64,000 nt of DNA from an uncultured delta proteobacterium (GTDB lineage: Bacteria; Myxococcota_A; Polyangia; Polyangiales; Houyiibacteriaceae), in NCBI GenBank assembly GCA_963716775.1, contig CAVQUI010000004.1, forward strand, positions 288,360 through 352,359, read 5' to 3'. The position numbers and the translations under genes were made by a program. The notes under the pieces are model-generated. The model did no database searches. It was not told the DNA's origin and worked only from the letters and a program-made list of their open reading frames with translations. This document shows, one piece after another, positions 35,942-44,776 of this stretch; within the stretch, counting starts at the first letter, position 1, and every line of letters begins with the position of its first letter.

Positions 35942-37024
35942 ATGCGGGTCATTCGGGACGACGGAAGCCTCGATCCAAAGCTCGACCCGGGCTTGTCGAT
36001 CGGCGATCTCGTCGCGCTCTACAAGGCGATGGTTCGGACCCGCATCGTCGATGACCGGCTCGAAAGGATTCAGCGGCAGGGACGTGTCGCGTTTCACGTC
36101 GGCTCGCTCGGTGAAGAGGCCGCCATCATCGGCGCGGCTGCCGCTCTTCGCGATCGGGATTGGATTGTCCCCTGCTATCGGGAGGTGGGCGCTTTGCTCT
36201 GGCGTGGCTACCCCTTGCAGCAGTACATGGACCACATGTACGGGAATGCGGGCGACCCGGTGCATGGCCGACAGATGCCGGACCACACCTTCAGTCGCGC
36301 GCATCGCTACCTCGCGGTGAGCGCGCCGATCGGCACACAGATACCGCACGCCGTCGGTGTCGCCATGGCGGCCAAGAAGCGCGGCCTCGACGAATGTGTA
36401 GGCGTCTTTTTCGGCGACGGAGCAACGAGCTCCAACGACTTCCACGCCGCGATGAACTTCGCCGGAGTGTATCAGTCGCCGGTGCTCTTTCTTTGTCGAA
36501 ACAACGGATACGCGATCAGCTTGCCTGTCGCGCAGCAGACAGCATCCCGCACCATTGCCGAAAAGGCGGCTGGGTACGGGATTACGGCATCGCGGGTCGA
36601 TGGCAATGACGTGCTCGCGGTTTACTACGCCGTACGTGAAGGCGTGCAGCGCGCGGCCGGGGGCGGCGGGCCGACGTTCATCGAGCTCCTGACCTATCGT
36701 GTCGGCGGTCATTCCACCTCGGATGACCCCCGGATCTACCGAGCTGAGGGGGAGGTCGACGCCTGGCGTGAAGCCGATCCCATCGCGCGGCTCCGCAAGC
36801 ACATGGAGCAGCGCAGCGCCTGGAACGAGGAGCTCGATACCGACTGGCGCACGATCTGTGATCTCGAGGTCAAAGACTGCGTTCGGCGCGCCGAGGCAAA
36901 GCCAGCCCCCGAGCTCGCTGACATGTTCACCGACGTGTATGCCGAGCAGCCCTGGCATCTTCGCGAGCAGCAAGGGCAGTCGCTTGGCGGTCCCCGCGCC
37001 GAGGCCGAGGAGGACGAGCGGTGA
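35942..37024 (+). CDS. 2-oxoisovalerate (branched-chain keto acid) / pyruvate dehydrogenase E1 alpha subunit
   Basis: TPP motif GDGATSSNDFHAAMNFAGVYQSPVLFLCRNNGYAIS. It is followed by E1 beta and E2, and no E3 gene is adjacent. Confidence 0.9.
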   Translation: MRVIRDDGSLDPKLDPGLSIGDLVALYKAMVRTRIVDDRLERIQRQGRVAFHVGSLGEEAAIIGAAAALRDRDWIVPCYREVGALLWRGYPLQQYMDHMYGNAGDPVHGRQMPDHTFSRAHRYLAVSAPIGTQIPHAVGVAMAAKKRGLDECVGVFFGDGATSSNDFHAAMNFAGVYQSPVLFLCRNNGYAISLPVAQQTASRTIAEKAAGYGITASRVDGNDVLAVYYAVREGVQRAAGGGGPTFIELLTYRVGGHSTSDDPRIYRAEGEVDAWREADPIARLRKHMEQRSAWNEELDTDWRTICDLEVKDCVRRAEAKPAPELADMFTDVYAEQPWHLREQQGQSLGGPRAEAEEDER

Positions 37025-37995
37025 CTCAGATGAATCTCGTTCAGGCGATCAACAGTGCGCTTCGGGCTGCGCTGCAAGAGGACGAGACCGTTCTGCTCAT
37101 TGGCGAGGACATCGGATCGCTCGGGGGTGTCTTTCGCGTCACTCAAGGTTTGCGAGAAGAGTTTGGTGCCGATCGGGTCCTCGACACGCCGCTTTCGGAA
37201 ACCGGGATCCTCGGGACGGCCATTGGGATGGCGCTTCACGGCCTGAGGCCGGTGTCGGAAATTCAGTTCGCAGACTTCATCTATCCGGGCTTCGACCAGC
37301 TAGTGAGCGAAGCTGCGAAATATCGCTATCGAACGGCCGGAGAGTTCCACGTGCCGATGGTAGTTCGGACGCCGTACGGCGGCGGCATTCGCGGCGGCCA
37401 GTATCATTCGCAATCGCCGGAGGCCTTGTTCATTCACACCCCGGGACTCAAAGTCGTCTGCCCCTCGAATCCCTACGACGCGAAGGGACTCCTGCTCGAG
37501 GCGATTCGCGACGAGGATCCTGTCGTCTTTTTCGAGCCGAAGCGCGTGTACCGGGCGGTGAAGATGGACGTTCCGGGCGCGTCGTACACGCTGCCTCTCG
37601 GCGAGGCAAAGGTCGTTCGGCTCGGAGAGCAAGTGACCTGCCTGGCCTGGGGGGCGATGCTGTACGAAGCGTTCACTGCAGCCGAAGAGGCGGCCAAGGA
37701 GGGGGTCGAGGTCGAAGTGATCGATCTCAGAACCCTTTGGCCTCTCGACATCGACACGATCGTGTCGAGCGTGAAGAAGACGGGCCGCCTGGTGATCGTC
37801 CACGAGGCGCCTCGGACTTGCGGCTTTGGAAGTGAGCTCGTGGCCTCGATCACCGAGCGTGCATTCTTGCACCTCGAAGCCCCACCTCTTCGCGTGACCG
37901 GCTGGGATACACCCTTCCCCTTGACGCACGAGCGCGAATACCTTCCGCTGGCGCACCGGATCGTTCCTGCGCTGCTCGAAACGGCGAGGTACTGA
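37021..37995 (+). CDS. 2-oxoacid dehydrogenase E1 beta subunit
   Basis: MNLVQAINSAL...GEDIG..GGVFRVT..L...FG..RV.DTPLSE. GTG at 37021 overlaps the E1 alpha TGA, and an alternative ATG lies at 37030. Confidence 0.92.
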   Translation: MTQMNLVQAINSALRAALQEDETVLLIGEDIGSLGGVFRVTQGLREEFGADRVLDTPLSETGILGTAIGMALHGLRPVSEIQFADFIYPGFDQLVSEAAKYRYRTAGEFHVPMVVRTPYGGGIRGGQYHSQSPEALFIHTPGLKVVCPSNPYDAKGLLLEAIRDEDPVVFFEPKRVYRAVKMDVPGASYTLPLGEAKVVRLGEQVTCLAWGAMLYEAFTAAEEAAKEGVEVEVIDLRTLWPLDIDTIVSSVKKTGRLVIVHEAPRTCGFGSELVASITERAFLHLEAPPLRVTGWDTPFPLTHEREYLPLAHRIVPALLETARY

Positions 37996-37998
37996 GCG

Positions 37999-39342
37999 AT
38001 GGCACGGCTGGACTTCAAGCTTCCGGACATCGGGGAGGGCGTCACCGAAGGCGAGATCGTTCAATGGTTCGTGGCTGCGGGCGACGCTGTCGCGGAGGAC
38101 GGGCCGATGGTGGAGGTCATGACCGACAAGGCGACGGTTACCATCGGCGCGCCCTGCGACGCACGCGTCGAGCGGCTCTGCGTCGACGTCGGCGCCGTCG
38201 CCCAGGTGGGGCAGGTTCTCCTCACGCTGGAGTCGGCATGCGCGTCGAACGTGGAGGGCACGCCGCGATCTTCGAGACCGGCGGCTAGCGCCGTGGGGGA
38301 GATTCGGAATCGGGTGCCGGGGGCGAAGCTTTTTGGTGCCGGGACCGGGACCGAGACCGAGGACCGAGGCCGGGGTTCCGGGACCGAGACCGGGAAGGGG
38401 ACCGGGACCGAGACGGGGACGGGGACCGGGAACCGGGGGCGGGGGTCCGGGAACCGGGGGCGGGGGTCCGGGAGCGAGATCGCGTACTTCGAGGCGAAGC
38501 CCTTGGCCACCCCGGCGACGCGGAGTCTCGCGAATGAGCTGGGGGTCGATCTTCGACGGGTTCGTCCCGGCGCTGCGGACGGGCGAGTGAGCGACGCGGA
38601 CGTTCGTGCGACGGCGACTGGGGACCGAGCGCTTGGTACGCTCGAAGAGCGAGAACCGATCGTTGGGATGAGACGGACGATCGCCGAGCGGATGCACCGC
38701 TCCAAGATGACAGCGGCGCACTTCACCTTTGTGGAGGAGTGCGATGCGTCACACCTCGTCGAGCTGCGGCAGCGGCTCTTGCCGGATGCGGAGCGCCAAG
38801 GGATCCCACTCAGCATCCTGCCCTTCATCGTCAAGGCGGTTGCCGACTCGCTGCCCAGGCATCCCATCTTGAACGCCTCAGTCGACGAGCAGAGCAAGGA
38901 GCTGGTCTACAAGAAGTACTACAACATCGGCATCGCGACCGCGACCGAGGCCGGACTCATGGTCCCGGTGGTGAAGAACGCAGACCAGCTTTCGCTTTTC
39001 GAGCTCGCAAGTCGCATCGAGAGCCTTGCGCGTTCGGCAAGAGACGGAACCATCGCCGCCGGTGATCTGCGGGGCTCGACCTTCACGGTGACCTCCCTCG
39101 GAAAGCAAGGCGGCCTTCTTGCGACCCCCATCCTGAATCATCCTGAGCTCGGTATCCTCGGGGTGCACCGAATCAAGGAAAAGCCCATCGTGCGCGACGG
39201 AGAAATCGTCATTGGCAAGGTGATGCTGCTTTCGCTTTCGCTCGATCACCGCATCGTCGACGGGCACGTTGGCGCGGCCTTCGCCTATGATCTGATCGAA
39301 ACCCTGGAGAACCCAGAGCGCTTGTTCCGCGAGTTCATTTGA
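37999..39342 (+). CDS. Dihydrolipoamide acyltransferase E2 (lipoyl domain, atypical Gly/Thr/Arg linker, E3-binding domain, catalytic domain)
   Basis: Lipoyl-Lys motif EVMTDKATV, peripheral subunit-binding motif ATPATRSLANELGVDL, and catalytic motif SLDHRIVDG. Confidence 0.92.
   Translation: MARLDFKLPDIGEGVTEGEIVQWFVAAGDAVAEDGPMVEVMTDKATVTIGAPCDARVERLCVDVGAVAQVGQVLLTLESACASNVEGTPRSSRPAASAVGEIRNRVPGAKLFGAGTGTETEDRGRGSGTETGKGTGTETGTGTGNRGRGSGNRGRGSGSEIAYFEAKPLATPATRSLANELGVDLRRVRPGAADGRVSDADVRATATGDRALGTLEEREPIVGMRRTIAERMHRSKMTAAHFTFVEECDASHLVELRQRLLPDAERQGIPLSILPFIVKAVADSLPRHPILNASVDEQSKELVYKKYYNIGIATATEAGLMVPVVKNADQLSLFELASRIESLARSARDGTIAAGDLRGSTFTVTSLGKQGGLLATPILNHPELGILGVHRIKEKPIVRDGEIVIGKVMLLSLSLDHRIVDGHVGAAFAYDLIETLENPERLFREFI
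38333..38475 (+). repeat. Coding low-complexity GGGACC/GGGGNC-type repeat, including a perfect 21-bp tandem duplication (38430-38450 and 38451-38471)
   Basis: It encodes GTGTETEDRGRGSGTETGKGTGTETGTGTGNRGRGSGNRGRGSGSE. The unit GAACCGGGGGCGGGGGTCCGG occurs twice back to back. Confidence 0.85.
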
Positions 39343-40391
39343 TGACTGCGATTCGGCAGAAGCTGCTCGGCTGGTACGATCAAGCGGCCCGCGACCTTCC
39401 CTGGCGCCACACCCGCGACCCCTATGCGATCTGGGTGTCCGAGGTCATGCTTCAACAGACGCGCGTCGAGACGGTCATCCCATACTACGAGCGTTTTCTG
39501 GCCAGCTTTCCGAGCCCAAGCGCCTTGGCAGAGGCTGATGAAGACGCGGTGCTCTCGCATTGGAGCGGCCTCGGCTACTACCGGCGCGCGCGTTTGCTTC
39601 AGGCCGGGGTCCGCGAAGTGGTCGCGCAGTATGGCGGAGAGGTTCCCGAAGACCCTGAGGCGCGCCGCTCGCTCCCAGGGGTGGGTCGCTACACAGCGGG
39701 TGCCATTGGCAGCATTGCCTTCGAGAAGGAAGAGGCGATCGTCGATGGAAACGTGACCCGTGTTCTGGCGCGCCTGTTCCGAATCGATACGCCGGTCGGC
39801 TCGTCGGTGACGAGCAAACGTCTCTGGGAAGAAGCCGGGCGTCTGGTTACCGGCGCGCGCCCTGGCGCGTTCAATCAGGCGCTGATGGAGCTTGGCGCGA
39901 CGGTCTGCACGCCCAAGCAACCGCGCTGTGAAACTTGCCCCGTAGCCGAGAACTGCCAAGCCTATGCAAGCAACGAAGTCGACACGCTTCCCGTTCCGCG
40001 CGCTCGCAAGGCACCGACGGAAGTCGAGCTCACCGCCGTGATGGCCACGCGCGGCCGCGGGGCGGGACGACTCGTTTGGCTGCTGCGTGGTGAGCAAAAC
40101 ATGTTCGCTGGATTGTGGGGCTTGCCGATGGCCGCTGCAAACGCCTCCGACGGGAGCGACGCCCGTGCGGCGCTTCGGGACGCCGGTATTTCCGCAAGAT
40201 TGGAACCGGAGCCGACCGCGCAGCTCAAGCACGTTCTCACGCACCGGCGAATGCGGATCGAGCTGTTCAGGGCCAGGGGGGCAAGCGCGCAAGAGTCGGA
40301 GAACCGAAGGCTCTTCAGCACGGATCAGCTCGCGAAGGTTGGGATCTCCACCCTCACCAGGAAGCTTTTGGCCGCGGCGCTCGAGGGGTAA
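39342..40391 (+). CDS. mutY: A/G-specific adenine DNA glycosylase
   Basis: LLGWYDQAARDLPWR...DPYAIWVSEVMLQQTRV, HhH-GPD motif GVGRYTAGAI, and Fe-S cluster Cys motif C.PKQPRCETCPV..NC. The ATG at 39342 overlaps the E2 TGA by 1 nt. Confidence 0.92.
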   Translation: MTAIRQKLLGWYDQAARDLPWRHTRDPYAIWVSEVMLQQTRVETVIPYYERFLASFPSPSALAEADEDAVLSHWSGLGYYRRARLLQAGVREVVAQYGGEVPEDPEARRSLPGVGRYTAGAIGSIAFEKEEAIVDGNVTRVLARLFRIDTPVGSSVTSKRLWEEAGRLVTGARPGAFNQALMELGATVCTPKQPRCETCPVAENCQAYASNEVDTLPVPRARKAPTEVELTAVMATRGRGAGRLVWLLRGEQNMFAGLWGLPMAAANASDGSDARAALRDAGISARLEPEPTAQLKHVLTHRRMRIELFRARGASAQESENRRLFSTDQLAKVGISTLTRKLLAAALEG

Positions 40392-40462
40392 CGCGGGGAC
40401 CGCGAGCAGCAGCCACCGTCACGGATTGGCCCCCACGGCCCCCCAGCCGATACACTGCCCCC

Positions 40463-41353
40463 GTGGGGGTTCTTGTCTATCGCGGCGTGTCCAAGCGATT
40501 TGGGCAGCACAGTGCGCTCGACCGGGTCTCGCTCGAGGTCGCGCAAGGGGAGGTGTTTGGCCTTCTCGGTCCGAACGGTGCTGGCAAGACGACGCTCATC
40601 CGTATTGGTCTCGACATTCTTCGCCCCGACGAAGGTGAAGTGTCGCTCTTCGGTGCTGCACCGACCCCGCAGATGCTCGACCGCACAGCCTATCTTCCAG
40701 AGGAACGCGGGGTGTATCGCCGCGCAAAGGTGCGCGATCTTCTTGTGTATCTCGGGCGGCTCAAGGGAATGAAGCGGGCTGCGGCCGCCGCCGCGGCGGA
40801 CCATTGGCTCGAGCGGGTGAGCCTGAGTCGGGTCGCGGACCAGCGGGTCGAAAGCCTTTCGAAAGGCATGACGCAGAAGGTTCAGATCGCTGCCTGCCTG
40901 ATGAGCGACCCGGAGCTCTGCGTTCTGGACGAACCGTTTTCGGGCTTGGACCCGGTCAATGTCGCGCTTGTCATCGAACTGATCGAAGAGCGTCGGCGCA
41001 GCGGACGAACCACCGTCTTGTCCACCCACATGATGCACCAAGTCGAGGCGCTCTGTGATCGAGTTGCGCTCATTCATCGTGGCAAGTTGGTGGTGTACGG
41101 GCACCTCGATGAGATTCGCCGGCGCTATTCGCCGCACGAGGTGATCATCTGGACTGAGATGGACCTGCTCGCACTCGGTGTAGAGGCCACGGCGTACAAG
41201 GCCGGGGGCTGGCGTGTCGAGCTGCCTCCGAGCGCCACTGCGTCGGGGTATCTGAACGAGCTCGTCCGAAACGGCGTCCTGGTCGAGCGCTACGAGCCGC
41301 TGGTCGCTCGCATGGACGAGATTTTCGTCCATCTCGTGAGCGGGGAGCACTGA
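40463..41353 (+). CDS. ABC transporter ATP-binding protein (ABC-2 / NatA-like)
   Basis: In-frame GTG at 40463 (VGVLVYRGVSKRFG...). Walker A GPNGAGKTT, signature LSKGMTQK, Walker B LCVLDEP. Confidence 0.88.
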   Translation: MGVLVYRGVSKRFGQHSALDRVSLEVAQGEVFGLLGPNGAGKTTLIRIGLDILRPDEGEVSLFGAAPTPQMLDRTAYLPEERGVYRRAKVRDLLVYLGRLKGMKRAAAAAAADHWLERVSLSRVADQRVESLSKGMTQKVQIAACLMSDPELCVLDEPFSGLDPVNVALVIELIEERRRSGRTTVLSTHMMHQVEALCDRVALIHRGKLVVYGHLDEIRRRYSPHEVIIWTEMDLLALGVEATAYKAGGWRVELPPSATASGYLNELVRNGVLVERYEPLVARMDEIFVHLVSGEH

Positions 41354-41356
41354 GCC

Positions 41357-42631
41357 ATGCGCATCGGACGGATTGCCGCAGTGGCACGCTTCGAGCTTCT
41401 ATCGGTCGTCAAACGTTGGTCGTACTTGTTGGCCACGTTCGGCTTGCCGCTATTCCTGGCCGCTATTTCCGGCATCGTCATCGGCGTGCAAACGTACTTC
41501 TTCTCTCAGCGCGCCGAAAAGAGCTCGCAATTCGGCCTCGTCGACGAGGCAAAGGTCCTCGATCGTTCGCTGTTCGTAAACCAGGACGGCGAGCTGCTGT
41601 GGAAGGCGAGCGAAGGCGCCGGTGAAGTGCTGCTCTACGACAGTCGCGAGGAGGCGAGCAGGGACCTCGAATCAGGTCGCCTTCGAGCCATGTACGTCAT
41701 CGAGCAGGACTATCTCGCAAGCGGCCAGGTGCGCGCCGTCGAATCCGAGAAGACACCGCTCCTGAGCATGCGCGGCACCCAGATCGAGCCATTGCTGCGC
41801 AAGCTATTGAGGAAGTCCCTCGTCCAAGGGCGTCTCGATGGTGAACTGAAGGAGCGTGTGCTTTCCCCGGCATTCTTCCTGCGTAGTCGGCTCGGCCCCG
41901 AAGGCGATGAAGTGGTCGACGCGGATGAGGCCCTCGATCTTCTCGTGCGCACGACCATTCCGCTCTTTCTGGGAATACTGCTACTGACAGCTCTGCTCAG
42001 CGCTTCGGGCTACCTCGTGCAAACGGTGTCGACCGACAAGGAGAGCAAGATCGTCGAAGTCCTTCTGTCCTCGGTGACGCCCGAAGAGATTCTCGCCGGC
42101 AAGCTCTTCGGCCTCGGCGCGGCTGGGCTCGTTCAGTTCGCGGTCTGGTCGTCGATGGTCGTTTTCGTGGCGGTTTCGGCCTCAGCCGCGCTTGCCGGCG
42201 TCGTGTCGATCCCCTGGGGAGCCCTGGCCCTAGCCCCGGTCTTTTTCGTCCTCGGCTACTTGTTCCTCGGAAGCCTGATGCTCGCAACGGCCGCGCTTGG
42301 GGCCAACGCCGCCGAAAGCCAGAAGCTCACCATGGGCTGGGCCATGCTCGCGATCCTGCCCTTGATGGTTCCGGTGATCCTACTCGAGGAGCCAAACGGT
42401 ATTCTCGGCCAGGTGATGACTTGGATTCCGTTCACGTCGCCGCTCACCGTCATCGTCCGGCTCGCCGTGGACTCCTCAGGCATCGCCTGGTGGGAGGTCG
42501 GCGGCTCGATGCTCGTCCTTCTGATCTCGACCTGGCTGTCGATTCGGATCGGCGCGCGCCTGTTTCGCGTGGGGTTCCTACTGACCGGCACGATGCCGTC
42601 GCTGGCGGAGCTCTGGCGGCAAGCGCGCTAG
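41357..42631 (+). CDS. ABC-2-type transporter permease (NatB-like, large extracytoplasmic loop)
   Basis: 424 aa. One N-terminal TM helix, a ~170-aa loop, then 5 TM helices. It starts 3 nt after the ATPase stop. Confidence 0.75.
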   Translation: MRIGRIAAVARFELLSVVKRWSYLLATFGLPLFLAAISGIVIGVQTYFFSQRAEKSSQFGLVDEAKVLDRSLFVNQDGELLWKASEGAGEVLLYDSREEASRDLESGRLRAMYVIEQDYLASGQVRAVESEKTPLLSMRGTQIEPLLRKLLRKSLVQGRLDGELKERVLSPAFFLRSRLGPEGDEVVDADEALDLLVRTTIPLFLGILLLTALLSASGYLVQTVSTDKESKIVEVLLSSVTPEEILAGKLFGLGAAGLVQFAVWSSMVVFVAVSASAALAGVVSIPWGALALAPVFFVLGYLFLGSLMLATAALGANAAESQKLTMGWAMLAILPLMVPVILLEEPNGILGQVMTWIPFTSPLTVIVRLAVDSSGIAWWEVGGSMLVLLISTWLSIRIGARLFRVGFLLTGTMPSLAELWRQAR

Positions 42632-42679
42632 GAGCAAGCGGGGCCCGTGTCGCGTGCCCCCGGGCCCCAGTACGCCGTC

Positions 42680-43348
42680 CTACTCGACCGGTCCTGGCAT
42701 CGGTAGCTCGACTTCTTCGATTAGCTGGCCCGCGGTATCTTTGGCGGCTGAGTAGGCCGAGACCCGCATGGCTTCGAAGTCCACGACCGTGAACGACTGC
42801 TCGTCCTTTCGGTGAATCGTGCCGGCGTTGATGACCGTGAGCCCCGGGAACACGCGGACCATTCGTTCGTGCGTGTGTCCGCCAATCATGAATTGGATTT
42901 CTTCGTCGAGCATCAGCTCGCGCAGAGCGGGGATGTCTTGGAGGGCATAGCCTCGGGTGTCCGGGAGGAGCCAGGCTTCGTCGTCTTCACCGACCCCGTG
43001 GCAGAGAAGGGCGTTGCCGTTCGGCGTAGCGTAGCTCCGAGTTCGAGGAAGCGCCTCGATGAACCCCCGAGACGCATCGCTGATCTCAGGCGTCGCGTTC
43101 TCCAGTGACCGCTGCTCTCCGGCGAGGAACCATCGTTCGTGGTTGCCGGCGACACATTGCACCGCGCGCGCTTCCAGAATGCCGAGTGCCGCGTCCGCAT
43201 CGCCTGGCCCGTCGACCAAGTCACCGACACAGAGAACCGCCTCGACGTCCATTCGGTCCAAGGCATCGAGCGCTCGCTCGAGCGTTTCGGACTCGCAGTG
43301 AATGTCGCCGATCACCCCCAACCGGCGGAGCATGCCCGTGTCGCTCAC
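42680..43348 (-). CDS. Calcineurin-like metallophosphoesterase
   Basis: GVIGDIHCE...CVGDLVDG...GNHE...GHTH motifs. The start is either the GTG at 43348 or the ATG at 43333. Confidence 0.8.
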   Translation of the reverse strand: MSDTGMLRRLGVIGDIHCESETLERALDALDRMDVEAVLCVGDLVDGPGDADAALGILEARAVQCVAGNHERWFLAGEQRSLENATPEISDASRGFIEALPRTRSYATPNGNALLCHGVGEDDEAWLLPDTRGYALQDIPALRELMLDEEIQFMIGGHTHERMVRVFPGLTVINAGTIHRKDEQSFTVVDFEAMRVSAYSAAKDTAGQLIEEVELPMPGPVE

Positions 43349-43431
43349 TGTCTCAATCTAGGAGGTTTTGCACGCGGCGCAAAGAGGTACGCGACTGGTG
43401 CTCCTGGGCCTCCTGTTGTAGACCCGCTCCC

Positions 43432-44754
43432 ATGCTGGACCTGCGCCATGTGAGCGAGAATTTGCCCGAAGTGAAGGCGGGCCTGACGCGACGAGGATTC
43501 GCGGATGCCGAGCTGCTCGATCGGCTCGGGTCCCTGGCCGAAGAGCGGCGCTCCGTCATCACGGGGGTCGAGGCCCTGCGGCAGGAGCGGAACGAAGCCA
43601 GCCAGGCGATGGCAAAGGTGGCCGATAAGAACTCCGATGAGTTTCAGGCCAAGCGCGAGCAGCTCCGAAGCTTGGGCGACCAGATCAAATCGGGCGAGTC
43701 CCGGCAAGCCGAGGTGGAGACCGAGCTCGAAGTCATTTTGTTGAACCTTCCGAACCTTCCTCACTTCAGTACGCCAGACGGACTCAGCGAAAGTGACAAC
43801 GTCGAGGTCCGCGTCTGGGGGGATAGGCCCGCTTTGGACTTCGACGTCGTCGACCATGTCGAGGTCGGCACCAAGCTCAACATCCTCGACTTCGAACGCG
43901 CCGCCAAGATCAGCGGCTCGCGTTTCGTCGTGCTCAAGGGCCTCGGCTCACGCCTGAACCGCGCGCTCATGCAGTTCATGCTCGACGTGCACAGCACCGA
44001 ACACGGTTACGAGGAAGTCTGGCCGCCGGTGCTCGTCAAAGACAGCGCCATGCTCGGCACAGGCCAGCTTCCGAAGTTCGCGAAGGACGCGTTTCGGATG
44101 GCAAAAGACGAAGATTGGGAAGAGCAGGCCCAGGCACAGGGGCACGACCTCTATCTCGTGCCGACTGCAGAAGTTCCTCTCACCAATCTTCACGCGAACG
44201 AGATCCTCGCCGGGGCCGATTTGCCCATTGCGTACACCGGATACACCGCCTGCTTCCGAAGCGAGGCGGGAAGCTACGGCAAAGACACGCGTGGCATGAT
44301 TCGCGTTCATCAGTTCGACAAGGTCGAACTGGTCCGCTTCTGCCATCCCGAGCAGGGTGAGAACCAACTCGAAGTGCTCACCCATCACGCCGAGGCCATC
44401 TTGCAGAAACTCGGCCTTCACCATCGCGTCGTCCAGCTTTGCGCGGGGGACATGGGGTTCGCTGCGCAGAAGTCGTACGACCTAGAGGTCTGGCTGCCGG
44501 CGCAGAACGCCTATCGTGAGATTTCGAGCTGTTCCTGGTTTGGTGACTTCCAAGCACGACGCATGAAGGCTCGCTTCAGGCCCGAAGAGAAGGCCAAGCC
44601 GCGCTTCCTTCACACCCTGAATGGTTCCGGTCTCGCGATCGGCCGCACGCTGGTCGCGATTCTGGAGCAGAATCAGCAGGCCGATGGAACTGTGGTCATC
44701 CCCGAAGCGTTGCGTCCTTACATGGGCGGCCTCGAAAGAATCTCAGCGCCCTAG
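43432..44754 (+). CDS. serS: Seryl-tRNA synthetase
   Basis: ATG at 43432 (MLDLRHVSENLPEVKAGL...). N-terminal coiled coil and class II motifs (TAEVPLTN, FRSEAGSYGKDTRGMIRVHQF, NGSGLA.GRT). Confidence 0.95.
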   Translation: MLDLRHVSENLPEVKAGLTRRGFADAELLDRLGSLAEERRSVITGVEALRQERNEASQAMAKVADKNSDEFQAKREQLRSLGDQIKSGESRQAEVETELEVILLNLPNLPHFSTPDGLSESDNVEVRVWGDRPALDFDVVDHVEVGTKLNILDFERAAKISGSRFVVLKGLGSRLNRALMQFMLDVHSTEHGYEEVWPPVLVKDSAMLGTGQLPKFAKDAFRMAKDEDWEEQAQAQGHDLYLVPTAEVPLTNLHANEILAGADLPIAYTGYTACFRSEAGSYGKDTRGMIRVHQFDKVELVRFCHPEQGENQLEVLTHHAEAILQKLGLHHRVVQLCAGDMGFAAQKSYDLEVWLPAQNAYREISSCSWFGDFQARRMKARFRPEEKAKPRFLHTLNGSGLAIGRTLVAILEQNQQADGTVVIPEALRPYMGGLERISAP

Positions 44755-44776
44755 ATGACCAGCGAATGACCCAGGG

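Noticed and set aside
34786-35952. 388-aa ORF on the minus strand covering the whole lipA region
   Set aside because: It is exactly antisense to a textbook lipoyl synthase with a CxxxCxxC radical-SAM motif. Its translation is Arg/Gly/Pro/His-rich with no recognisable motif. It is a typical shadow ORF of high-GC DNA.
38333-38475. Possible CRISPR array or other non-coding repeat (also considered for 61511-61620)
   Set aside because: The 38.3-kb repeat lies in frame inside the E2 gene linker, has no spacers and is made of 6-21 bp units. The 61.5-kb repeat has only two copies, no unique spacers of CRISPR size, and no cas genes anywhere in the window.
37300-38721. 473-aa minus-strand ORF, and similar long shadow ORFs at 13572-14747, 35843-36973, 39285-40292, 40325-41350, 45714-46937, 57531-58640 and 63077-63925
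   Set aside because: All lie opposite genes with clear family motifs (E1 beta/E2, Slt, E1 alpha, MutY, ABC ATPase, MbnH, APC permease, acyltransferase). All have the Arg/Pro/Gly-biased composition expected from the antisense frame of GC-rich codons.
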